A program made the translations under genes and the position numbers. The notes under the pieces are model-generated. The model was not told the DNA's origin. It searched no databases and worked only from the letters and a program-made list of their open reading frames with translations. Positions 28,601-36,153 of a DNA stretch of 64,000 bases are shown piece after piece (positions within the stretch are counted from its first letter, which is position 1; each line of letters starts with the position of its first letter). The DNA is from Polyangiales bacterium (lineage in GTDB: Bacteria > Myxococcota_A > Polyangia > Polyangiales > Polyangiaceae), in contig JBBRLQ010000016.1 of NCBI GenBank assembly GCA_038231275.1, positions 64,001 through 128,000 on the forward strand. The letters run 5' to 3'.

Positions 28601-29308
28601 CCCGAGCTCCTCCACGAGGGGTATGGGCAAACGAAGTGGGTCGCCGAAAAGCTCGTCGAGGAGGCCCGCGCACGGGGAATTCACGCGTACATCCACCGGC
28701 CGGGGAGGCTCATGGGCCACTCGCGCACCGGCGCGTTCAACGCCGAGGATTTCCTCGTTCGCATGCTCGCGGCGTGCGTCGAGCTCGGCGCCGTTCCGCA
28801 CCTCGAGACGACCGTCGATCTCACGGCCGTGGACGACGCGAGCCGCATGCTCGTGCGCCTCGCGCGACGTTGCCCCTCGCGGGTCGACACGTTCCACCTC
28901 GTCCACCCCGAGGGGAAGACCTGGGCGTCGCTCGTGGCGGATCTCGGGCGTACGGGCGCGCGCGTGCAACTGCTCCCCCACGCCGAGTGGCAAGAGCTCT
29001 TGCAGAAACGCGCGGCGACGAGCGAGCGCGGCGACTTCTTGCGGTACTTGGCGGGAATGTCAGGCGATGTGCTGGAGGCCCAGATCGCCGGCGGCTTCGC
29101 TTCGGACAAGACCCGCGCCGTGCTGGAGGCGGACGTCTCGTGCGCGCCCGTCGACGCGCGGCTCCTCGCGACGTACATCCGCGCGCTGGGCACCGCCGGC
29201 ATCTTCCCCGCGCCGACGCCGTCGCTGAGCCCCAAGACGCGCGGCTCCGTCTTCCCTCCGCCGCGAGACGCGCGCGGCCGCGTGCAGAGCGCCGAAGAGA
29301 CGTCGTGA
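25619..29308 (+). CDS. Stand-alone NRPS-like enzyme: truncated C-like domain, adenylation, PCP, thioester reductase
   Basis: ATGA-coupled to the racemase. A-domain cores YTIFTSGSTGQPKG, FDLS, NSYGLTE, GEVCVGG, YRTGD, RIELGEIE, PLTPAGKIDR; PCP FVRLGGTSL; R domain VTGATGFFG, HVST, GYGQTKW. Confidence 0.93.
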   Translation: MTSLRATTRASLDDTGLLAIAGAHSASPGAALIGVVAGLLTRYSGKTAVTLRVDVDGVARRLRVDVDGAPSTGELVSRAEVALAAAVADESRSEGHALPGIVDDADVHVVLGPVTDTEGADLVISASKGGIDLDFGARIEAIAADRITSHVSTLIAAMASAADARAAVAMPVACLPLVDGEEHAWLLARSNACNILWNEALPSVVALFEAHARKTPDAPALQEGARTYTYAETNAAADALAALLRARVGDENRRVAVYLERGAYAVIAFLGILKARATYVPIDVTYPQGRVAAILAVAAPAVLLTRAALSADASASLEFAPPRVLVDDPARDEAEGARIVDVPPGATTVRPDDIAYTIFTSGSTGQPKGVVVDHRALASYARAVTDAYGLGAHDRVLQAASLGFDLSLEEIVITLTAGACLVFRSAAPIASVQSFVAECDAARLTVLSITSALWHELTLRLDDGSVRLPERVRLVILGADVARPDILTVWRRATDPSIRLVNSYGLTETTIVATVWEDTRAPLGEGLRALPVGRPLRNASTYVLDAHSAFVPVGVAGEVCVGGLAVARGYLGDEALTRARFVPDPFLPGHLMYRTGDRGILGAGGDLQFLGRADYQIKVNGVRIELGEIETRLRELPGVVEGVVVAQKNHAGETELDAHVMVTSSAVTAEALRAHLQLVIPLAAVPARFHVVDRFPLTPAGKIDRRALAARVTPSLRVAGVDQTPPSTPTEELVVRAIAEVLGRPSVGVLDDFVRLGGTSLAAVRAASLLAHRMSRPVRAQVFLDGRTLREASADLASPMHTHATSLVPLGSIARDQALDPAIVALGDVAGRGTLANVLVTGATGFFGAFVLAELLRETSGHVTCIVRAASLEEARARLVANAERLECGIEPDAWSRVTAVAGDLAAPFLGLAPADYKRLAATVDTVFHVGARVNMMLPYSALRGSNVVAVESVLRFATTARAKTVHHVSTVEVLADTDPGDPQARQERRAAATPELLHEGYGQTKWVAEKLVEEARARGIHAYIHRPGRLMGHSRTGAFNAEDFLVRMLAACVELGAVPHLETTVDLTAVDDASRMLVRLARRCPSRVDTFHLVHPEGKTWASLVADLGRTGARVQLLPHAEWQELLQKRAATSERGDFLRYLAGMSGDVLEAQIAGGFASDKTRAVLEADVSCAPVDARLLATYIRALGTAGIFPAPTPSLSPKTRGSVFPPPRDARGRVQSAEETS

Positions 29309-30930
29309 CCGCTCCTTCGATGGAAGACGGCCCGAAGGTCGAGCGCTCGCTGTCACGGCGCGACGTCGTCCTCTTCCTCGTGTGCACGCTCGTCGGTCTC
29401 GACACGCTGGGCAGCGTCGCGGCCCACGGGGGCGAAGGCTTCGTGTGGCTGCTTGTGATGGCCGCGACGTTCTTCGTCCCCTACGCCCTCACGGTCGCCG
29501 AGCTCGGCGCCGCGTTCCCCCAGGAAGGCGGCGCGTACGTGTGGACCAAGCTCGCGTTCGGCCGCTCCGTCGCCGCGCTGAACGCCGTCTTCTATTGGAT
29601 CTCGAACCCGATCTGGCTCGGCGGCGCGCTCACGATCACCGCCATCACCACGTTCGAGACGTTCTTCGTTCCCCTCGGCCTCGTCGGCAAGTGTGTCTTC
29701 GGGCTCGCGCTGGTCTGGGGTTCCGTCGCGAGCGCCGTCGTCTCGCTTCGTGTCGGCGCGTGGATCACCCGGTGCGGCGCGGTTGCACGCGTGGCCCTCC
29801 TCGTTCTCTTCACGGGCACCGTCGCCATCTACGCCGCACGGCACGGCGTCCACGGCGCGCGTCTCCCGCAATTTTCGCCGACGTACGACGGTTTTTTCGC
29901 GGTCGTGCCGCTCCTCTTCTTCAACTTCGTCGGCTTCGAGCTTCCCAGCGCCGCCGGCGGAGAAATGGTCGATCCTCGCCGCGACGTGCCCTTCGCCGTC
30001 GCGCGCGCAGCCATCGCGGCCGTCGTTTGCTACGGCGTCCCCATCCTCGCCATCTTGCTGGTCCTCCCCACGGAGCGCATCACCGGGCTCAAGGGCTTCG
30101 TCGACACCATGCAGCTGGTCTTCACGGTGTACGGCGGCCACGTACAGCCCGCCGCCGGCGGCGGCGAGATCGTCGTCCTCGAAGGGGCCGGCAGAGTCAT
30201 GGGCGCCGTCGCCGCGATCGGCTTCATCGTCGCGCTCGCGACGAGCGGCATCACCTGGATCATGGGCGCCGACCGAAGCCAGGCGGTCGCCTGCCTCGAC
30301 GGAGGCGGCCCGCGATGGCTCGGCTCGTTCGAGAACCGGTGGGGTACGCCGGTGGCCCTCAACGTGGCCTCGGGCATCGTCGCCACGCTGGTCATGCTCG
30401 CGGCGTTCGCGGTCACCGGCGGCGACTCCGAGAAATTCTTCGCCGCGTCGTTGAACCTCGGAATCTCCACGACGACGCTCTCCTACCTCGTCATCTTCCC
30501 CACGCTCTTCCTGCTCCGACGGAAATCCCGCGACGTCGCGCGCCCCTACCGCGTGCCCGGCGGCGACGTCGGGGCGTTCGTCGCCAGCGTGCTGACCACC
30601 GGATGGGCCTGTTTCGCAGCGATCGGGCTCCTTTGGCCAGGCTTCGGCCGGCGCGGCGATCCCGACGCGGCGTTGCCCTCCGGCTTCGTCACCCTCGACG
30701 CGCATGGAATGGTCGTGGCGTCCGAGCGGGCGCTCTTCGAGCTCACCCAGATCGTACCGCTCGTGATTTTCCTCGCGCTCGGCGTTCTTCTCCTGGCGCG
30801 CGGGCGGCGCGAGCGAGCGCTCAAGGAGCGACCCGTCTCCGCGCCTGCACGCGCCTCAAGCCTTCGCCCTTCGCGCCGTTCATCCGAAGGATGCATCTCC
30901 GTTCGCCCGGCTCGCTTGTCCGTGCCCTGA
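29305..30930 (+). CDS. APC superfamily amino-acid/polyamine permease
   Basis: GTGA-coupled to the NRPS; AELGAAFPQEGGAYVWTKLAFG, FNFVGFE, RPYRVPGG; about 12 TM helices. Confidence 0.92.
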   Translation: MTAPSMEDGPKVERSLSRRDVVLFLVCTLVGLDTLGSVAAHGGEGFVWLLVMAATFFVPYALTVAELGAAFPQEGGAYVWTKLAFGRSVAALNAVFYWISNPIWLGGALTITAITTFETFFVPLGLVGKCVFGLALVWGSVASAVVSLRVGAWITRCGAVARVALLVLFTGTVAIYAARHGVHGARLPQFSPTYDGFFAVVPLLFFNFVGFELPSAAGGEMVDPRRDVPFAVARAAIAAVVCYGVPILAILLVLPTERITGLKGFVDTMQLVFTVYGGHVQPAAGGGEIVVLEGAGRVMGAVAAIGFIVALATSGITWIMGADRSQAVACLDGGGPRWLGSFENRWGTPVALNVASGIVATLVMLAAFAVTGGDSEKFFAASLNLGISTTTLSYLVIFPTLFLLRRKSRDVARPYRVPGGDVGAFVASVLTTGWACFAAIGLLWPGFGRRGDPDAALPSGFVTLDAHGMVVASERALFELTQIVPLVIFLALGVLLLARGRRERALKERPVSAPARASSLRPSRRSSEGCISVRPARLSVP

Positions 30931-31790
30931 TCACCGCCGGCCTCGTCTCCGGCGTCCTCGCCTGGGCGACGCCCTCCGCGGCGCAAGCGCCGAGTCCCGA
31001 CGATCCCACGCCACAGGCGCCGCCGGCGCCCGTCGGCATCTCCGGGCTCTTGTCGAACAGCCTCGTCCTTCGCGGAAATCCCGCCGAGTCCACACTCATC
31101 ACTGTGCTCTCCGCCGGCTACTCGTGGACCCCCGCGCTGTCGACGTTCGTGCGCATTGGATCGGTGCACAATGCATCCAGTGACACGTCGAGCGCCACCG
31201 GCCTCGCCAATCCCGCGCTCGGGGCGAGCCTGCAATTTCCCATCGGAAAGCACTTCATCGTCGGCGGCACCTCCGGGCTCACGCTCCCCATCGGCTCCGG
31301 CGGCGGAAACGGGCCTTCGGCGGCGGCCTTTCGCGCGTGGAACAACAGCATCGACTGGGGCGGCGCGATGTTCGCCGTCGACCACCTGGACATCTTCAAC
31401 GGCGTCCGCGCCTCGTTCGCCGCGGGCGCGCTCACCGTCCAATTCGAATCGATCCTCCACGAGCTCGTGCGCGTACGCGGCGAGGCCATCGACCCCATCG
31501 GCGCCGCCGCGAGCGTGACAGGCACCACGGCGACGGTGTCGTACGCGGTCATCCCACGACTCACCCTGTCGACCGCGCTCTCGGAGACGCGCTTCTGGAA
31601 CACGCCGGTCTACATTACGCAAAGCCCTGACTCGCGCGTCGACTACTTCTTCTCCGCGGGAGCCTCGACGAGCCTGAAATTGGGCGCGCTCGATCTCACG
31701 CCAGGCCTCGTGTACGCGCGCGCGCTCGATCTGCCGCTCGCAACTTCCCGCTTTCAGGTGCTCGAGGCGGATATCGGTTTCTCGCTTTGA
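30891..31790 (+). CDS. Probable outer-membrane beta-barrel protein
   Basis: Signal peptide ending AAQA; alternating amphipathic strands; C-terminal EADIGFSL; GLANPALG resembles myxobacterial transporter barrels. Confidence 0.6.
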   Translation: MHLRSPGSLVRALITAGLVSGVLAWATPSAAQAPSPDDPTPQAPPAPVGISGLLSNSLVLRGNPAESTLITVLSAGYSWTPALSTFVRIGSVHNASSDTSSATGLANPALGASLQFPIGKHFIVGGTSGLTLPIGSGGGNGPSAAAFRAWNNSIDWGGAMFAVDHLDIFNGVRASFAAGALTVQFESILHELVRVRGEAIDPIGAAASVTGTTATVSYAVIPRLTLSTALSETRFWNTPVYITQSPDSRVDYFFSAGASTSLKLGALDLTPGLVYARALDLPLATSRFQVLEADIGFSL

Positions 31791-31843
31791 TTCCCGTGGT
31801 TGCCCCCTAAGCTCGCCGCCCCCTCGCGCCGTTTACCCAGTTC

Positions 31844-34063
31844 ATGGCACGCGGACGCTGGGCACGACGGAGGGGGGCTCCCATCGGGGGGCTCGTTTCG
31901 CTCGTCGCGCTCGCGTTGACGTCGGCGATCGCGCGCGCAGACGACGAAGAGGATCTCGCGGGGCTTCTCGACGAGCACGTCGTCAGCGGGGCGTCGAAGA
32001 CGCACGAGATGGCGAAGGATGCGCCGGCGACCACGTCGGTCATCACCGCGCAGGACATGCACCGGTACGGCATCCGGTCGATCGCCGAAGCGATCGATTT
32101 CCTCGGGATCGGCCTGATCACGCAGAACCCGCTCCACTCCGTCGAGATCGGCGGCCGCGGCGTCCTCGTCACGTCGGACTTCGGCAACCACGTCCTGCTC
32201 GTCGTCGACGGGCACGTGTGGAACGAGCCGTGGGACGGCACCGCCTACTTCGAGCAGGGCGCCGGTATTCCTCTCGAGATCATCGATCACATCGAGCTCG
32301 TGCTCGGCCCCGGCTCGGTTCTCTATGGCGGCAACGCGATGATCGGCGTCGTCAACGTCGTCACCAAGCGCGCCGCCTCGTACCGTGGTCTGCACCTCAT
32401 CGCCGAGGGCGGCCTCTCGCCGCAGCAGGGTAGGAACGGGGCGATCACGAGCTGGTCGCCGGCAAACCTCGGTGGCTCGTACCGCCTGGGCGCCGGCTTC
32501 GGGCACGAATTTTCGCTGTTCGGCAAACCCGCCGAGATCGTCGCCCACGCCGAGCTCTACGGGCAAGACGGTCCGTCCTTCTTGTGGGGCCCGCAAACCG
32601 CGACGACCGCCGACGGTGCGCCGCGCGACTTCGGTCCGCGCACGCCGGTCGGCCTCTGGGGCGGTCGGATCACGCAGCAATACACTACGACCGTCCCGAC
32701 GCTGTACACGCGCATGCACGTCGGCGACTGGTCGGTGATGTTCCGCGCCGAGTCGTATCGCCGCACGACGCCGACGCCGAACGGCTTCAATCAGCAGAAC
32801 ACCGACTTCGACGAGCCGCGTTCGTACGAGCGCGATCGCTTCCTCTCCCTCGACGTCCAATACAAGAAGCGAATCGGCGAGCGCTTCGACCTCTCGCTGC
32901 GCGGCTACGCGGACGCGTACGACTACTTGCAGCACACCTACAACACGGACACCAACGTGTGCGCCGTGCCGACGACCGGGCCCTGCCTCTTCCAGGGCAA
33001 GGGGCACTCGCGCTGGATCGGCGCCGAGGTGCAAGGCTCGTACGATTGGACCGGCGGAGACCGCTTCACCACGCTCGTCGGCCTCAAGGGCACAGTCCGC
33101 GACATCGGCGGCGAGACCGACTCGATCGACACGAGCAACAGCCAGACCGTTCATGTCGACGGCGACAAGACCCTCACCGAGATGGTCTGGGCGGCGTACA
33201 TCCAGCAGCGCCTCAACCCGGTTCCGGTCCTGCATTTGAACGCCGGCGCCCGCTATGACGCGGAGCCCCGCGGAGGCGATCGCGTCTCCCCGCGCGCCGC
33301 CGTCGCGCTGGACGTGTGGCGCGACGGCGTCGTCAAGCTCAGCTACGCCGAAGCATTCCGCGCGCCCACGTTCTTCGAGGCCTTCTACGAGTCGCCGAAC
33401 CAGCGGCCGAACACCGGCATCAAGTCGGAGTCGGTGCGCGGCGTCGAGTCGAGCATCGAGCAGCGCTTCGGGCGTCACAAGCTCCTGTTCGGCGTCTTCC
33501 GCACGTGGTGGAGCGACATGATCTCCATTCGCCCGATCGAGGACGGCGTCTACCAGTACGAGAACGTCTCGCGGATCGACAACTACGGCTACAACGGCCG
33601 CGTCGAAGGGGCGATGGGCGCGTTCCGTTACGGCGCGTCGGTGACCGGTGCGTACACACGACGCACGACGCCAGACGGCACCGATCCGCTCCCCGTCGCG
33701 CCGCAGCTCTTCGGAAACCTTCGCGGCTCCTACGCCCTCCCCGCGCCTTGGCCGACCATCGGGCTCGCGACCACGTTCGTCGCCAAGCGGCCGGCCGATC
33801 GCGTGCTCGACGGAAATTTCGACCCTGCCCCTTACGCGCCGGCGAGCGCCGAATTCCGGCTCACGTTGTCGCAGCTAGTCCCTGGCGTGAAGGGGCTTTC
33901 CTACCGCCTCGCCTCGTCGATCACCACGGGTAGCGTCTCGCCTTACGTCGCCGGCCCCACGCAAGGCTACGCCCCGAGCGCCTCCGCGCGAGGCCCCGCC
34001 GAGCTCACGCCCGTCATCCGTTTCGTGACCTTCGGAACGCTCCAGTACGACCTGCCGCTATGA
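31844..34063 (+). CDS. TonB-dependent receptor
   Basis: VVSGASK...APATTSVITAQD plug, IDHIELVLGPGSVLYGGNAMIGVVNVVT, LNAGARYD, SPRAA, YAEAFRAP; ends LQYDLPL. Confidence 0.93.
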   Translation: MARGRWARRRGAPIGGLVSLVALALTSAIARADDEEDLAGLLDEHVVSGASKTHEMAKDAPATTSVITAQDMHRYGIRSIAEAIDFLGIGLITQNPLHSVEIGGRGVLVTSDFGNHVLLVVDGHVWNEPWDGTAYFEQGAGIPLEIIDHIELVLGPGSVLYGGNAMIGVVNVVTKRAASYRGLHLIAEGGLSPQQGRNGAITSWSPANLGGSYRLGAGFGHEFSLFGKPAEIVAHAELYGQDGPSFLWGPQTATTADGAPRDFGPRTPVGLWGGRITQQYTTTVPTLYTRMHVGDWSVMFRAESYRRTTPTPNGFNQQNTDFDEPRSYERDRFLSLDVQYKKRIGERFDLSLRGYADAYDYLQHTYNTDTNVCAVPTTGPCLFQGKGHSRWIGAEVQGSYDWTGGDRFTTLVGLKGTVRDIGGETDSIDTSNSQTVHVDGDKTLTEMVWAAYIQQRLNPVPVLHLNAGARYDAEPRGGDRVSPRAAVALDVWRDGVVKLSYAEAFRAPTFFEAFYESPNQRPNTGIKSESVRGVESSIEQRFGRHKLLFGVFRTWWSDMISIRPIEDGVYQYENVSRIDNYGYNGRVEGAMGAFRYGASVTGAYTRRTTPDGTDPLPVAPQLFGNLRGSYALPAPWPTIGLATTFVAKRPADRVLDGNFDPAPYAPASAEFRLTLSQLVPGVKGLSYRLASSITTGSVSPYVAGPTQGYAPSASARGPAELTPVIRFVTFGTLQYDLPL

Positions 34064-34701
34064 GGACGATGGACGCCCTCCACCTGCCGTCCGCGCCGCG
34101 CGATCTTTCGCGACGGCGGGGCTTCGCGCAGTGGGCGCCGCTCTTCCTTGCGCTCTCCTTCGTGCTCACCGCGTTGACGTTCGCGCGTGACGCCCGCGCC
34201 GACGCGCGCGTTCCCGTGCAGCTCCAAGCGCAGCTGGTCGCCCGCCTCGCCACTTTCGATCGGAATTTCCAAGCGCGCGCCGGATCCGTCGTCAACGTCC
34301 TCGTCGTGCACCTCGCGGGCAACCCCGAGTCGACGTTCGAGGGGGCGAACCTGGCCAAGGCGCTCGGTGAGCTCCGCGACATCGCCGGCGTCCCCGCGCG
34401 CGTCGACGAGGCCGCCTTCAGCGACGGTGCTTCTCTGGCCACGCGCTGCCGCGATCAGCACATCTCGATCGTGTACTTCGCCGTGGGCCTCGAAGGCGAG
34501 ATGACCGCGGTCGCGAAAGCGCTGGCCGGCGTGGACGTCTTGACCGTGGGCACCGCGGCGCGTCACGCAGAGAACGGCGCCGTCGTCGGTTTCGGTCTCG
34601 AGGAAGCGCGCCCCAAGATCGTCCTCAATCTGAAGCAAGCCCGCGCCCAGAACGTGGCCTTCAAAGCGGAGCTGCTCAAGCTCGCGCGCATCGTCGAATA
34701 G
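34060..34701 (+). CDS. YfiR family (DUF4154) periplasmic protein
   Basis: ATGA-coupled to the receptor; signal peptide; VLTVG, GAVVGF, PKIVLNLKQARAQ...ELLKLARIV C-terminal signature. Confidence 0.85.
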   Translation: MRTMDALHLPSAPRDLSRRRGFAQWAPLFLALSFVLTALTFARDARADARVPVQLQAQLVARLATFDRNFQARAGSVVNVLVVHLAGNPESTFEGANLAKALGELRDIAGVPARVDEAAFSDGASLATRCRDQHISIVYFAVGLEGEMTAVAKALAGVDVLTVGTAARHAENGAVVGFGLEEARPKIVLNLKQARAQNVAFKAELLKLARIVE

Positions 34702-34743
34702 ATGCCCCCTTCAGGTCCTCGCCGCCGGGCCGTTCTCGACATC

Positions 34744-35163
34744 ATGCCTCCGAAGGTGATCGTGATCGACGACTCCGCGACCGTGCGCGAGCAAGTGAGC
34801 ATCGTTCTGGCAGCCGAGGGCTACGAGATCGTCGAAGCCGAGGACGGCGTCGAAGGAGCAAATGCCATTCGTCTCAACCCCACCGCCGCGCTCGCGATCT
34901 GCGACTTCAACATGCCGAACGGCAGCGGCCTCGAACTGCTCCAACTGCTCAAGGAGCGCGGGGATTCGGTGCCCGTCTTGATGCTCACCACCGAAGGCCG
35001 CGCCGACCTCATCGAGCGGGCGCGCGCGTTCGGCGCGAAGGGGTGGATGGTCAAGCCGTTCAAGCCCGGGATGTTGTTGGTGACCGTGAAGAAGCTCGCG
35101 CGCGCGGCCTGCCACTTGCGGGAGCTCCCGAGGAAGCCGCCGAGCGCCGGCGCGCCGAGGTAG
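34744..35163 (+). CDS. Single-domain response regulator (CheY-like)
   Basis: VIDDS acidic pocket, CDFNMP phospho-Asp, MLTTEG, WMVKPF. Confidence 0.92.
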   Translation: MPPKVIVIDDSATVREQVSIVLAAEGYEIVEAEDGVEGANAIRLNPTAALAICDFNMPNGSGLELLQLLKERGDSVPVLMLTTEGRADLIERARAFGAKGWMVKPFKPGMLLVTVKKLARAACHLRELPRKPPSAGAPR

Positions 35164-35290
35164 CGAGAGCGCGTGGTATTACCGACGCTCAGCGCGCCGA
35201 GGTAGCGAAAGCGCGTGGTGTTGCCGAGACGAGGGTGCGCGAGCTCGAAGGGGAATTGCGTCGCGTGCGCGGCGGGAAGAGTTCGGGAAG
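35110..35290 (+). pseudogene. Relic coiled-coil 3' fragment resembling the tail of Uma2-family proteins, with a 42-bp-period direct repeat
   Basis: Alternate frame reads APEEAAERRRAEVARARG...AETRVRELEGELRRVRG with no credible start. Repeat copies at 35150-35185 and 35192-35227. Confidence 0.45.
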
Positions 35291-35518
35291 TCGACTCGCT
35301 CCTGCGCGCAACGCGAAGCTATTATTGACGCGCGTACATGATTGCAAAATTTACTGATTCGCTTGGCCGCCGCCGGAGTGCTGGACCATGTCTTGGGCGA
35401 GGACGACCGTGGACCGCTCCGCGCCCTCCTGCGTGACCGTCGGCGTCGAAAAAATCGGCGTCGGAGTCGAGGTCGGAGTCGGGATCGCCGGTAAGAGCTA
35501 TCGCCGCGGGGCGTCGCC

Positions 35519-35962
35519 TCAGGGCACGTGGAACGCGTTGCAGGTGCCGTGGTGCTTTTGGTAGCCGTACCAGGAGTTGAGGCCGCCCGAGTCGTAGACC
35601 TTCTTCGCGCACGCGGCGTTCGTCGCCGGATCGAACAGCTCGCTGCGCGTCACGCCGCACGCGTGGAGCCAGATGCGATCGTTGATCTGGAAGAGCCCGT
35701 AGTCGACCGAGCCGTTGCGGTTGGTGTTCGTGGCCCTCGTGAAGTAGCTCGACTCGTACTTCGCGGTGCAGACCATCTTGGGGACGACCGACTCGTGGAA
35801 GCCGGCGTCGCGAAGGAGCTGCGCGATGTGCGAAGGCGTGAGCTGCGTCCCTGCGAGGAGCGGCGCGACGTCTTCGGTGGTGCCGGCTCCGTCGTCAGCG
35901 GAAGGATCCTCGCCGCCACACGCGAAGAGAGGGAGTAGCAGTGCAAGAGCGATTCGCTTCAT
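35519..35962 (-). CDS. Lipoprotein with c-type lysozyme (GH22)-like domain
   Basis: Lipobox LFAC; CTAKYESSYFTRATNTNRNGSVDYGLFQINDRIW...CAKKVY...GLNSWYGY matches c-type lysozyme, including both catalytic acids. Confidence 0.85.
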   Translation of the reverse strand: MKRIALALLLPLFACGGEDPSADDGAGTTEDVAPLLAGTQLTPSHIAQLLRDAGFHESVVPKMVCTAKYESSYFTRATNTNRNGSVDYGLFQINDRIWLHACGVTRSELFDPATNAACAKKVYDSGGLNSWYGYQKHHGTCNAFHVP

Positions 35963-35974
35963 ACGGTGCGCTTC

Positions 35975-35990
35975 AGCAACCGACGTGCCG
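35975..35990 (-). promoter_or_regulatory. Putative sigma54 promoter of the lysozyme-like gene
   Basis: Minus strand CGGCACGTCGGTTGCT, near-consensus GGCACG-N4-TTGCT. Confidence 0.75.
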
Positions 35991-36153
35991 CGCGATCGGT
36001 AGGCGCGCCTCTCGGGAAATTCGACGCGTGGGAAGGCGACGGCGTCGGGAAACGTGGGCGCGCGATCCAGGCTGGATCTTGCGATTTGCCGCTATTTATC
36101 GAGAATTCTTGCGCCGGCGGAGGCGCTGAGGGTGAACGATTCCGCCGCTGCCG

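Noticed and set aside
25619..29308. Myxochelin (MxcG) siderophore cluster, suggested by the Lys-type A domain, R domain and TonB receptor
   Set aside because: No complete C domain and no DHB synthesis or aryl-carrier genes; the receptor is coupled to YfiR, which indicates signalling.
25619..29308. Lys2-type alpha-aminoadipate reductase for lysine biosynthesis
   Set aside because: The architecture is similar, but the pocket residues look acidic (favouring a basic substrate) and no other aminoadipate-pathway genes are nearby; not fully excluded.
31844..31860. TGGCACGCGGACGC as a sigma54 promoter (also TGGCAC motifs near 43650-43665 and 56165-56205)
   Set aside because: GG-to-GC spacing is 9 or 13 nt, not the required 10.
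35150..35227. Direct repeats as a CRISPR array or attachment site
   Set aside because: Only two imperfect copies with a 6-nt gap, an in-frame 42-bp period, and no cas or integrase gene.
35320..35356. TTGACG in an AT-rich patch as a sigma70 promoter
   Set aside because: No properly spaced -10 box and no credible downstream ORF on that strand.
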